A stretch of DNA of 64,000 nucleotides from assembly GCA_965205295.1 (NCBI GenBank), contig OZ242167.1, forward strand, positions 135,788-199,787, written 5' to 3'. This DNA is from Candidatus Multivorans sp. (lineage in GTDB: Bacteria; Acidobacteriota; Thermoanaerobaculia; Multivoradales; Multivoraceae). Position numbers and translations under genes: made by a program. A model generated the notes under the pieces. That model made no database searches. It had not been told where the DNA came from and saw only the letters and a program-made list of their open reading frames with translations. This document shows, one piece after another, positions 8,690-17,851 of this stretch; position 1 is the stretch's first letter; each line of letters begins with the position of its first letter.

Positions 8690-10954
8690 TCACGCGGCGC
8701 CGCCTAACGCCGCGAGGACCCTGGGTGGCGTCATCGGCAGCTCGGTGAGTCGGGCGCCGCAGGCATCGGCGATTGCGTTGGCGACCGCGGCCGCGGTAGG
8801 AATGACGGGCGGTTCGCCGACGCCGCGGGCGCCGAAGGGCCCGCTGTCCGAGGGCACCTCGACAAGCACCGTCTCGAGTTCGGTCGGACCGTGGACGAAG
8901 TGAGGCAGGGCGTAGTCGTTCAGGGTCGCTGTCAGCAGTTGGCCGTCGTCGCTGTAGGCCATCTCCTCGTAGAGCGCCCAACCGATGCCCTGCATGGCGC
9001 CGCCCATCATCTGCCCTTCGACTGCCGGCGGGTTGATCGCGCGTCCGCAGTCCTGGACCACGACCACCTTCTCGACCTTCACCCGGCCTGTTTCCCGGTC
9101 GACCGCCACCTCGGCGAGCTGGGCGCAGAAACCGGGCGCCTGACCGGTCTGGGCGTGGCGTCCGTGGCCGAACACCGGCGCCTGCCGGCTGCCGAAGCGC
9201 ATCGTGCGTTGGGCGATTTTCTTGAGCGGAATGGCCTTGTCGGGCGATCCCTTGACCCGGACCTCTCCGTCCACGATCTCCAGGTCTTCGGGTGCTGCTT
9301 CGAACGTGGCCGCGGCCAGCTCCAGGGTCTGCTGCCGGGCCTCACGGGCGGCCTGAATCACTGGCGGCCCGACCGTGTAGAGGATCTTGCTGCCGCCGGA
9401 CGAGCCCGCGAAGGGACCGCTCGAGGTGTCGCCGGTGGCGATCGTGACCCGTTCCGGCTCGACGCCGAAGGCCTCGGCCGCGATCAGGGCCAGACTCGTG
9501 TTCGTGCCGGTGATGTCGGCCGAACTGATGTGAACCTTGAGCGTACCGTCGCCCTGGAGCGCGCAGGCGGCAGCCGCGGGCTCCGTGCCGCCGGGCCAGG
9601 CCCCGAGCGCGATGCCGACCCCGCGCCCCTCGGCCCTTGCCTGCTCGCGGTTCTGCCACGAGGGGTGGGCCTGCAGCGCTTCCAGCACCTGGCGCTGGCC
9701 CATGCCGGCCCAGGGCATCCCGGAGGCCATCGGCTGGCCGGACTCCGAGGCGTTGAGCAGCCGCATCTCGAGCGGGTCGAGCCCCAACTCCTGGGCCAGT
9801 TGATCGAGCACGGTCTCGACCACGAACGCCGCCTGCGGCGCCAGCGGCGCACGGTAGGCGCCGATCGAGGGCTTGTTCGTGACGACCTCGTAGCTGCCGA
9901 CGGATTGATTCGGCGTCTGGTAGGAACTGCCGAGCAGGGTGCCGGCGAGTGCGGTCATGGAAGATGGGAAGCAGCCGCAGTCCATCGCCAGCTCGGCTTC
10001 CAGCGCCGTCAGTTCGCCGCTCCGCTTGGCGCCGGCGCGGATCGTGATCCGGGTCGCAGGCGCCGGAGTGGCGGCCAGCATTTCCTCGGTGCGGCTCATC
10101 ATCAGTCGCACCGGGCGCTGGAGCTGCGTGGCGGCGATGGCCAGGAGCGGTTCGTAGAGCAGGAACTTGCCGCCGAAGCCGCCGCCGACCGGCGTGCCGA
10201 TCACGCGCACCTGCTCGTGGGACAGGCCGAGCACGTAGGCGACCGTGTCCCGGATGTAGAAGGTCGCCTGGGTGGAGCTGTAGATCGTCATCCCGGTGCC
10301 CATCGGGTCCGGATCGACCAATGCCACGTGCGGTTCGAGGTAGGACTGGTGAACCGACGCGGTGGTGAAGCTCCGCTCGACCACGGCGTCGGCAGCGGCG
10401 AAGCCGGCGGCGAGGTCGCCGCGGTCGAAGCGCATGCGGTTCGTCACGTTGGGCGACGAGGGACCCTCGCCGCCGTCGTCGCCCGCGCCTCCGGCGCCGT
10501 GCGCTGCCGCCTCCGCGGACTGGCCGGGCAGGCCATTGGGCCACACCGGCGGCGCCGAAGGGGCCTCGGCCTGTTCGAGGGTGACCACGGCGTCGAGCGG
10601 CCGGTAGTCGACCTCGACCGCTTCCGCTGCATCCGCGCCCCGGGCCTCGTCCTCGGCCAGGACCAGGGCGACCGGATGGCCGACGAAGATCGCCCGATCG
10701 CGCGCGAGCATGAGCATGGCTCGGCTATTGGCCGGGAGTTCGGGCAGATCCGCTGCCGTGATGACGGCGGCGACGCCGGGCATGGCCTTCGCCGCCACGG
10801 TATCGATGCTCAGCACCTCGGCGTGCGCGTGCGGGCTGGTGACCAGACGGGCATGGAGCAGCCCGGGCCGCTCGAGGTCGCCGCAGTAGCGCAGCGAGCC
10901 CTTGACCTTGGGTTTGCCCTCGAGCAGTTTTGTGGGGGTGCCGATCGCCGCCAT
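8690..10954 (-). CDS. xanthine dehydrogenase / aldehyde oxidase / CoxL-family molybdopterin-binding large subunit
   Basis: ORF of 754 aa with the characteristic MoCo-binding large-subunit sequence (GGGFGGK, SIGAYRAP, GVGEPP). No adjacent FAD (CoxM) or 2Fe-2S (CoxS) subunit genes are in the window. Confidence 0.85.
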   Translation of the reverse strand: MAAIGTPTKLLEGKPKVKGSLRYCGDLERPGLLHARLVTSPHAHAEVLSIDTVAAKAMPGVAAVITAADLPELPANSRAMLMLARDRAIFVGHPVALVLAEDEARGADAAEAVEVDYRPLDAVVTLEQAEAPSAPPVWPNGLPGQSAEAAAHGAGGAGDDGGEGPSSPNVTNRMRFDRGDLAAGFAAADAVVERSFTTASVHQSYLEPHVALVDPDPMGTGMTIYSSTQATFYIRDTVAYVLGLSHEQVRVIGTPVGGGFGGKFLLYEPLLAIAATQLQRPVRLMMSRTEEMLAATPAPATRITIRAGAKRSGELTALEAELAMDCGCFPSSMTALAGTLLGSSYQTPNQSVGSYEVVTNKPSIGAYRAPLAPQAAFVVETVLDQLAQELGLDPLEMRLLNASESGQPMASGMPWAGMGQRQVLEALQAHPSWQNREQARAEGRGVGIALGAWPGGTEPAAAACALQGDGTLKVHISSADITGTNTSLALIAAEAFGVEPERVTIATGDTSSGPFAGSSGGSKILYTVGPPVIQAAREARQQTLELAAATFEAAPEDLEIVDGEVRVKGSPDKAIPLKKIAQRTMRFGSRQAPVFGHGRHAQTGQAPGFCAQLAEVAVDRETGRVKVEKVVVVQDCGRAINPPAVEGQMMGGAMQGIGWALYEEMAYSDDGQLLTATLNDYALPHFVHGPTELETVLVEVPSDSGPFGARGVGEPPVIPTAAAVANAIADACGARLTELPMTPPRVLAALGGAA

Positions 10955-11074
10955 GTTCGTCTCCGCCGGTGAATCCTCACGCCCGTTATCGGGCGCGCGG
11001 ATGGAACCAGGATTGTGGGGGGCGATTGTACGGAACTGAGCTCTGAGGGGTCCAGGGCCCGACGCGATTCGGAC

Positions 11075-11113
11075 AAGGAAAAGAGCCCCGAGGGCGTTTG
11101 CTCCTCGGGGCTC
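11075..11113 (-). terminator. rho-independent terminator candidate (11-bp GC stem, 9-nt loop, then TTTTCCTT on the minus strand)
   Basis: gagccccgagg / cctcggggctc inverted repeat at 11083-11113; the minus strand continues TTTTCCTTGTCC. It lies about 385 nt downstream of the rne stop and upstream of coxL. Confidence 0.5.
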
Positions 11114-11497
11114 CGGTGACGCTCTTGGACCGCGGTTTGCGCGGCTCGGTCGAGCGTGTTCTTGGCCGATGGGATGGCGTGGGATCGCTTCCCGAAGGAG
11201 GCGCCCTACGCCAGGCAGGGGTTACCTAGGGAGCCGCCACCTCCATCAAGCCGCATCTGCAGTACTCCACTAGACCACCTCCTTTCCGGGCACATCCACA
11301 AAGTGGTGGGTCCCACCCCACCCGGTCGCGGGATCGCCCCGATTGACCCCGGGACCGCCGCTCGCGCCTCGTTGACGGAGCGGAACGACTGGCACGATGC
11401 TGTTCGATCGGCGGGGCAGTTGTCAAACCCCCGTGTCTCCAGGGGGTTGCGCGCGCCCGGACGGGTCGTCGAGGAGCGGCGCTGTCTGGTGTCGCCG

Positions 11498-13495
11498 CTA
11501 CGGGTTGCCGCCGTCCGAGGGCTGCGACTCGCCGCCCTCGGTCGCGGTCGGGGCTCGCCGGGGTCGCCGCCGGCGTCGCCGTCGCTTGGTCGGCCGGGGG
11601 CCGCCGTTGCCGGTCGCCGCTTCGGCGGCGGCGGGCTGGCCGTTGGCGGCCGGCGCCGCCTCTGGCGCCGGCGTGTCGATGCCCGGCACCTTGATGGCGG
11701 CCGTGTCCGCGCTCGGTCGGGGAGTGGGCGCCGCCGCGTTCGCGGCCACCGGCGCCCCGCCGTCCTGCGAGGCGGCGTCGCCGTTCTTCGGCTGCTCGTC
11801 CTTCGCCCTGGCCTTTCGTGTGACAGCGGAACGGCGTCTGCGACCGCCTCGGCGCCCACGTTTCTTCGGCGTTGCCTTGGCCGCGCCGTCCGGTCCGTCC
11901 TCGTCCACCTCCTGGGGCTGGTCGAAGGCCTCGTTGTCGCCGATCGACGGCGTGGCCAGCATCTCCTGTTCGAGCTTCTTCTCCTGCGCCTCTTCCCGCT
12001 CGCGCTTCTTCACTTCGTCCAGATCGCGAGCGGTCCAACTGATCTCCGGCTCGCGGCCCTGCATTTGAGGCTCGCCCGAGATCTCGATCTCGAGATCGAA
12101 CTCCCGTTCGAGCTTCGCGAGCGCTTCGCGGTTCTGGTTCTGCAGGTAGTTGGCAAGCTGCGGCGGTAGGGCCATCTGCACGCCCCGCATGTAGCCGGCG
12201 GCGCCGTGGGACTCGATGTTGCGCAGCAGGCGCAGTGCGACAAGGTCCGGACTGGCGACGCGGCCGGTGCCGCCGCAGTTCGGGCAGTCGCTGTGAGTGC
12301 GCAACTGGAGCGCCTGGTGGATCCGCTGGCGGTTGATCTCGAGCAGCCCGTTGTCGCTGATCCGGCCGACGCTGGAGCGCGCCTTGTCGGCCTTCATCGC
12401 GTCCTTCATCGCCTTCTCTACCTTGCGGCGATTGCGGGGACTGCGCATGTCGATGAAATCGACCACGATCAGGCCGCCGATGTCGCGCAAGCGAAGCTGC
12501 CGGCCGACTTCGGCCGCGGCCTCGATGTTCGTGTTGACCGCGGTCTCCTCCTGACTCGATGCCTTCTTGGAGCGGCCGGAGTTGACGTCGATCGCGGTCA
12601 GGGCCTCGGTCGGGTCGATGACGATCGAGCCGCCGGCGCGTAGTTCCGCCCGGCGTTCGAAGATGTTCTCGATCTGAGGCTCCAGTTCGTAGACCGAGAA
12701 CAACGGCTTGCGGCCGGTGTAGCGGTGCAGCGCCGTCTTGCTGCGCGGCATGAAGGCCCGCATGTACAGCTCGGCGCGTCCGTGGGCGCCGTCCTCGTCG
12801 ACCCAGACCTCCTCAATCGCGCTGTCGAGGTAGTCCCGCAGTCCCTGCAGCACGATGTCCTGGTCGCTGTAGAGCAGCCTCGTGCCCTTCGCGTCGCGGG
12901 CGTCCCGGGAGATGCGCTTCCACAGCCGGAGCAGCGAGTTCATGTCCCGGCTCAGGGCCGTCTTCGTCTGGCCGAGGGCGTTGGTGCGTACGATCACACC
13001 GCCGCCCTCCGGCACCGGCAGCGATTCCGCCATCGCTTTCAGCTTGAGGCGAACCTCCTCGGTGTCGACCTTGCGGGAAACGCCACTGGTCTTGTCGAAG
13101 GGCGAGAGCACCAGGTAGCGCCCTGCCAGACTCAGGTTGGTGGTCAGGGCGGCGCCCTTGTTGCCCTCCGGCTCGCGCGTGATCTGAACCACGATCGGGC
13201 GGCCGCGAACGAGTACGTCCTCGATCTTGGGCCGCTGGGACTTGGACGCCGCCTGGTAGTACGCATCGGGCACGACATCCTGGATGGCCAGGAAGCCGTG
13301 TTTCGAGGCGCCGTAGTCGATGAACGCGGCGTTGAGGCTCGGCTCGATGTTGGCGATCTTGCCGTAGTAGATGTTGCCGCGGGTCAGCCCCCGCTCGGCG
13401 ATATCGATCTTGAGGTCTTCGAGTATCGAGTCATTGGCGATGGCGATGCGGAGCTCGCTTGAGCTTCGCGCGTTGATGAGCATTCTTCGGGTCAC
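11498..13495 (-). CDS. rne: ribonuclease E/G (catalytic N-terminal domain with S1 fold plus Arg/Pro/Ala-rich C-terminal scaffold-like tail)
   Basis: N-terminus M-RRMLINA matches RNase E/G. Conserved DNase I-like and S1 regions are present. The 665-aa length and low-complexity basic tail favour RNase E. Confidence 0.85.
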   Translation of the reverse strand: MTRRMLINARSSSELRIAIANDSILEDLKIDIAERGLTRGNIYYGKIANIEPSLNAAFIDYGASKHGFLAIQDVVPDAYYQAASKSQRPKIEDVLVRGRPIVVQITREPEGNKGAALTTNLSLAGRYLVLSPFDKTSGVSRKVDTEEVRLKLKAMAESLPVPEGGGVIVRTNALGQTKTALSRDMNSLLRLWKRISRDARDAKGTRLLYSDQDIVLQGLRDYLDSAIEEVWVDEDGAHGRAELYMRAFMPRSKTALHRYTGRKPLFSVYELEPQIENIFERRAELRAGGSIVIDPTEALTAIDVNSGRSKKASSQEETAVNTNIEAAAEVGRQLRLRDIGGLIVVDFIDMRSPRNRRKVEKAMKDAMKADKARSSVGRISDNGLLEINRQRIHQALQLRTHSDCPNCGGTGRVASPDLVALRLLRNIESHGAAGYMRGVQMALPPQLANYLQNQNREALAKLEREFDLEIEISGEPQMQGREPEISWTARDLDEVKKREREEAQEKKLEQEMLATPSIGDNEAFDQPQEVDEDGPDGAAKATPKKRGRRGGRRRRSAVTRKARAKDEQPKNGDAASQDGGAPVAANAAAPTPRPSADTAAIKVPGIDTPAPEAAPAANGQPAAAEAATGNGGPRPTKRRRRRRRPRRAPTATEGGESQPSDGGNP

Positions 13496-13894
13496 AAAGT
13501 CTCCGGGTGACGGCGAGTGCGCCGTCGGTTGAATCGGTGTGGACGTCTCCGGATGCGCGGGCGCCAGGCCGCGATGGGATTCCGTGAACGGAACCCGCTG
13601 GGCGGCTGCCCTGCGTTCGCTGCAGTTCCACCTGCGCGAATCGGTTGTAGTACCGGAGCGTCATTTCGGGCGGCGGGTGTAGCCTTGAGTGCACCACGGG
13701 CTGTTCAGACGGCCCTCGGGCGACATGAGTCGTCTCAGAATGGACGGACTGTCTAGAGGACAAAGGCTGAAGCCAAGCGCTGACTCGTGCTATCGAGCTA
13801 CGTGGCGCTTGCCTGATGGGGCCAGCGTCACCGCCGAGGCAGCAAGCATACCATTTTCTTGACTTTGCGATTCAAACACGGCCACTGCCCTTAG

Positions 13895-15592
13895 ATGAAA
13901 CCTCTGCACGGCGACATTCGCGGGCTGAAGGCCTCACAGCGCGGCGCGCTCGAACGGACCTATCGGCGGAAGGTGCGACCGGATCAGGTGGTCTCCACCG
14001 AACTGGCTCGTCACCTGTGCGCGCTCTCGCGTGAGATTGGACGTCAGGTGGGCGTGCTGCTGACCCGCGACGGCGCGGTCAGCAAGGTGATCGTCGGCGA
14101 CGCCAGACAGCTCGAGATTCCCGATATCGGGCGCCTGCGGGGCGGCCCCGGACGCTTCCGGCGGCTGCGTCTCGTCCATACCCACCTGCATGGCGAGAGT
14201 CTGACCGCCGACGATCTCAATGACCTGGCGCTGCTGCGACTGGACATGGTCGCGGTCGTTCAGGCCCTGGAAGACGGCTCGGCGGGCGGTATCGAAGTCG
14301 CGTATCTGGCGCCCGAGCCGACCGCCGACGGCGCCGGCGAGGGCGCGCAGTTCCTCCGCGTGCAGGCGCCGCAGGTCTACCAACTGGAACTCGACTTCGC
14401 GGCAACCATCCGTGCAGTTGAGCGGGAGATGGGCCGGCGCCGTAGCGGGCGCGAGGCGGAGCGGGAACGCGCGCTGGTGATCGGCGTCCGGCCGGACGAC
14501 GGCCACTTCCTGGAGACGGTCGAACTCGTGCACTCGGCGGGTGTCGAGGTGGCGGGCGTCATACGCCAGCGCCGGTCGCGCATTCACCCGCGCACCGTCG
14601 TGGGGCGCGGCAAGCTGACCGAGATCGTGTTGCAGAGCATGCGGGCCGGCGCCGAAGTGGCGATCTTCGACATCGACCTCAAGCCGGGGCAGGCCCGCGC
14701 GTTCGAGGACGCGACCGGCCTCAAGGCGATCGACCGCACCCAACTGATCCTGGACGTGTTCGCGCAGCGCGCCCGCTCCCGGGACGGCAAGCTGCAGGTC
14801 GAGCTGGCCCAGTTGCGGTACTCCCTGCCGCGGTTGACCGAGAGGGACGAGGGCCTGTCGCGGCTCACTGGAGGCATCGGTGGCCGCGGACCGGGCGAAA
14901 CGGTGCTGGAGGTGGGCCGCCGGCGGATCCGCGACCGGATCCGCAAGCTCGAGAAGCAGGTCGAGGGACTGTCACGGCAGCGGGATGTCGCCCGCAGCCG
15001 GCGGCGCGACCGGGGGGTGCCGGTGCTGTCCCTGATCGGCTACACGAACGCCGGCAAGAGCACGCTTCTCAATGCGATGACCCGGAGCTCGGTGGAGACC
15101 GCGCCGCAACTGTTCGTGACCCTCGACCCGATCAGCCGGCGGATTCGCTTTCCGAGGGAGGGGGAGGTGGTGATCACCGACACGGTCGGTTTCATTGCCG
15201 AACTCCCACCCGACCTGGTGCGGGCGTTCCGCGCCACGCTGGAGGAACTCGGCGACGCGGACCTGCTGCTGCATGTCGTCGATGCCTCCGATCCGGCTTG
15301 GCGCGCCAAGGCGAAGGCGGTGGACGGGTTGATCGATGAACTGTCGCTCACCTCGAAGCCTCTCCTGGTGGTGCTGAACAAGTGCGACCTGGTGACCGAG
15401 GAGCGTGCCCGGCTGCTGGCGGATCAGCTCGATGCGATCGCGGTCAGCGCGCACACGCGGGCGGGCCTGGACCGGCTCGTAGGCGCCGCCGAAGAGGCGA
15501 TGGGAAGGGCTGCGCCGCTGCTGCCGGGGGCGGCCCCGAACCGGGGCGCGGCGGCGGCCGGGAACGCGGGCGACGCCGCGACCGTAGAATGA
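13895..15592 (+). CDS. hflX: GTPase HflX, with N- and C-terminal extensions
   Basis: G1 is GYTNAGKST and G3 is DTVGF, with NKCD further on. The HflX N-domain is preceded by about 150 extra residues, so the exact start is uncertain. Confidence 0.8.
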   Translation: MKPLHGDIRGLKASQRGALERTYRRKVRPDQVVSTELARHLCALSREIGRQVGVLLTRDGAVSKVIVGDARQLEIPDIGRLRGGPGRFRRLRLVHTHLHGESLTADDLNDLALLRLDMVAVVQALEDGSAGGIEVAYLAPEPTADGAGEGAQFLRVQAPQVYQLELDFAATIRAVEREMGRRRSGREAERERALVIGVRPDDGHFLETVELVHSAGVEVAGVIRQRRSRIHPRTVVGRGKLTEIVLQSMRAGAEVAIFDIDLKPGQARAFEDATGLKAIDRTQLILDVFAQRARSRDGKLQVELAQLRYSLPRLTERDEGLSRLTGGIGGRGPGETVLEVGRRRIRDRIRKLEKQVEGLSRQRDVARSRRRDRGVPVLSLIGYTNAGKSTLLNAMTRSSVETAPQLFVTLDPISRRIRFPREGEVVITDTVGFIAELPPDLVRAFRATLEELGDADLLLHVVDASDPAWRAKAKAVDGLIDELSLTSKPLLVVLNKCDLVTEERARLLADQLDAIAVSAHTRAGLDRLVGAAEEAMGRAAPLLPGAAPNRGAAAAGNAGDAATVE

Positions 15593-15598
15593 AGGGCC

Positions 15599-16066
15599 AT
15601 GGACAAGCGTCGCGAGCCTTGGCCAGCCAGGGTCATCGTCTACTACGACGGCGACTGCGCGCTCTGCAACTGGTCGGTGGCGCGGTGTCTGGCCCGGGGT
15701 GTGCCGTCGGGGGTCCGCTTCGCGCCCCAGGACGGTGAGTTGTTCAAGCGCCTGACCGGGATGCGGCCCGACCTCGCCGGGCTCGACAGCATGGTGATCC
15801 AGAGCTTGCCCGCCGTTCACGCGCGCCAGGGCACTTCGCCAGCCGATTCAGTGGGCGAGATCCGGGTGCGCAGCGAGGCGGTGATCTGGCTGGCGTCCCA
15901 GTTGCGCGGGCCGGAGCGCTGGCTCGCACTGCTCCCGTGGATGGCGCCCCGACCGGTCCTCGACTGGGGCTACAGGCTGGTGGCGCGGAATCGCCAACGC
16001 GTCGGGCGACGGCTGGCCGAGTGCCCGGTGCCGACGCCGGAGCAGCGGCGCTACTTCCTGGCGTGA
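15599..16066 (+). CDS. thiol-disulfide oxidoreductase, DCC family (DUF393)
   Basis: YYDGDCALCNWSV motif. It starts 6 nt after the hflX stop. Confidence 0.75.
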   Translation: MDKRREPWPARVIVYYDGDCALCNWSVARCLARGVPSGVRFAPQDGELFKRLTGMRPDLAGLDSMVIQSLPAVHARQGTSPADSVGEIRVRSEAVIWLASQLRGPERWLALLPWMAPRPVLDWGYRLVARNRQRVGRRLAECPVPTPEQRRYFLA

Positions 16067-16818
16067 GCGCGGCCAGGGGAGTCCCCGCGAGCCTGGCTCG
16101 GGCTCTTCCTCGGGACATTGCCGTGGCCGCGAGGCTGATCGGCAGCCTGGACGACCTGATCGAGGAAGCGCGAAGTCTGGCGATCGAGTTGCCGGGCGCC
16201 CTCGAAGGCGCCATCGACAAGCGCCGGCGGGAGTACCTGGCCGGCCGGATCGCCGCCCGGCTTGCGCTCAGGGAACTGCTCGGGGCGTGTGCTTCACAGG
16301 GTGGCCTTGGCGCCGACGAGGACGACGTACCGCTTTGGCCGGACGGTGTCGTCGGTTCGATCTCCCACGGCGCGGGCGCCGGGTTCGCCGCGGTTGCGGC
16401 GGCGAACCGGTACCTGGGTCTGGGTGTCGATGTGGAGCGCGTCGTGTCGGTGAGGCAAGCTGCTCGTCTCGGGCCGCGGGTGTTGACCGATCGGGAAAGG
16501 GAGCTTCGTCGCGGCGGGAACGGCGGCTTGACCGAGGCGGAGATGTTCACGCTGGCGTTCTCGGCCAAGGAGAGTGCGTACAAGGCCCTGTTTCCGGTCC
16601 ACCGGCGCGTACTCGGGTTCTCGGATGTCGAGCTCGAACGCCGGGACGGAGCGGAGGGAACCGATCGCCGCGGTGACCTGCAACTCCGTGCGACTCTCGG
16701 CCGCGATGCGGGCGCAACGGCAACCCTCGTTGGCTGGTACGCGGTCACGTGCGATGCCGACGGTTTGAACGGTGCCGAAAACCGTCGCATGTGGACCCTG
16801 GTGCTGGCTGGCCCTTGA
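16063..16818 (+). CDS. 4'-phosphopantetheinyl transferase (Sfp/EntD type)
   Basis: A GTG start overlaps the preceding stop (GTGA). Motifs GSISHG and FSAKESAYKA are present, and the gene is about 250 aa. The six-frame ORF begins spuriously at 15937. Confidence 0.7.
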   Translation: MSAARGVPASLARALPRDIAVAARLIGSLDDLIEEARSLAIELPGALEGAIDKRRREYLAGRIAARLALRELLGACASQGGLGADEDDVPLWPDGVVGSISHGAGAGFAAVAAANRYLGLGVDVERVVSVRQAARLGPRVLTDRERELRRGGNGGLTEAEMFTLAFSAKESAYKALFPVHRRVLGFSDVELERRDGAEGTDRRGDLQLRATLGRDAGATATLVGWYAVTCDADGLNGAENRRMWTLVLAGP

Positions 16819-16850
16819 CGTCCGTCAAATGACTGCCGTATCGTCGTCAA

Positions 16851-17336
16851 ATGACGAAAGCCGATGCCTCCACCGTACTTGAGACCTACGCCAACTCGGC
16901 CGACCTGCCGGTAACCGAGGCTGCCTGTCTGGGAACGCTCCTCGGGATCGAGGATGCCGAAGTCCTGAGCAACCTGGAACTCGCGCGCCGGGTTGGCCGC
17001 GGCCTGCCCACGGACGCGGTGTCCGTGCTGACGGAGATTCTGGGCGCCAGGAACATCGTAGGACCGGTGATCCCCGAGGCCACGCTGCGGCGTACCCGCA
17101 ACGCAGGCAAGCCCCTGTCGAGGGAGATGAGCGAGCGGCTCTACGAGCTCAGCCGCGTCGTCAATGCGCTGAGCCGGGTGTACCACGGGGACCGGGAGGG
17201 AATCGAGGCCTACCTGACGTCGCGGCATGCTCTGCTGGATGGCGAGAGGCCGCTCGATGTCGCCTGCTCGAGTTCCGCCGGCGCGCGGGCGGTGCTCGAT
17301 GTGATTCATCAGGCCGAGGCCGGCTTTCCCGTCTGA
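16851..17336 (+). CDS. Xre-like HTH / DUF2384 antitoxin (MbcA/ParS-type) of a RES-Xre type II TA pair
   Basis: 161 aa with the characteristic C-terminal toxin-binding region. Its stop overlaps the start of the RES gene (ATGA). Confidence 0.7.
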   Translation: MTKADASTVLETYANSADLPVTEAACLGTLLGIEDAEVLSNLELARRVGRGLPTDAVSVLTEILGARNIVGPVIPEATLRRTRNAGKPLSREMSERLYELSRVVNALSRVYHGDREGIEAYLTSRHALLDGERPLDVACSSSAGARAVLDVIHQAEAGFPV

Positions 17337-17818
17337 TGGTGCGGCGGCTTGCGTCGCCGATGTCGGCGTATCGCATCGGCGACGCCGACGGGAGGTTCCC
17401 GGTGTGGAGCGCGGAAGGCGCCAGGCGCACTGCCGGTAGATGGCACGAGGCAGGCGCCGAGGTGATCTACGCCTCGCGGAACTACTCGACGGCCATGCTG
17501 GAGATGCTGGTCGGCTGGTCAGGGCGGGTTCCACCGAACCAACACTCCGTGGAGATCGTCCTGCCCGCGGGAACCAGCTACGAGGTCGTGGCGACCGACG
17601 TCCTGCCGGACTGGCATCGGCAGACCCGCGCAGCGTCTCAGCGCTTTGGCCGGGACTGGTACCAGGAGCGCCGAAGCGTGATCCTCGTCGTGCCCTCGGT
17701 CGTGGCGCGCATGGAGAGCAACGTCGTCATCAACACGGGCCATCCCGACTACGAGGGCCTGCCGGTCGAGGTCGGGCTGGAGACGCCCGTATGGTGGGAC
17801 CGGCGTCTGTTCCCGTGA
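17336..17818 (+). CDS. RES-domain toxin (MbcT/ParT-like NAD+-targeting toxin)
   Basis: 160 aa. R-E-S region GRWHEAGAEVIYAS. Translationally coupled to the upstream antitoxin. Confidence 0.75.
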   Translation: MVRRLASPMSAYRIGDADGRFPVWSAEGARRTAGRWHEAGAEVIYASRNYSTAMLEMLVGWSGRVPPNQHSVEIVLPAGTSYEVVATDVLPDWHRQTRAASQRFGRDWYQERRSVILVVPSVVARMESNVVINTGHPDYEGLPVEVGLETPVWWDRRLFP

Positions 17819-17851
17819 ATGGCCGGGGCCGATCGGAGAACGAGTCAAACC

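Noticed and set aside
13858-13894. Sigma-70 promoter for hflX (TTGACT at about 13860)
   Set aside because: I could find a -35-like hexamer but no convincing -10 at proper spacing. The HflX start itself is uncertain because of the N-terminal extension.
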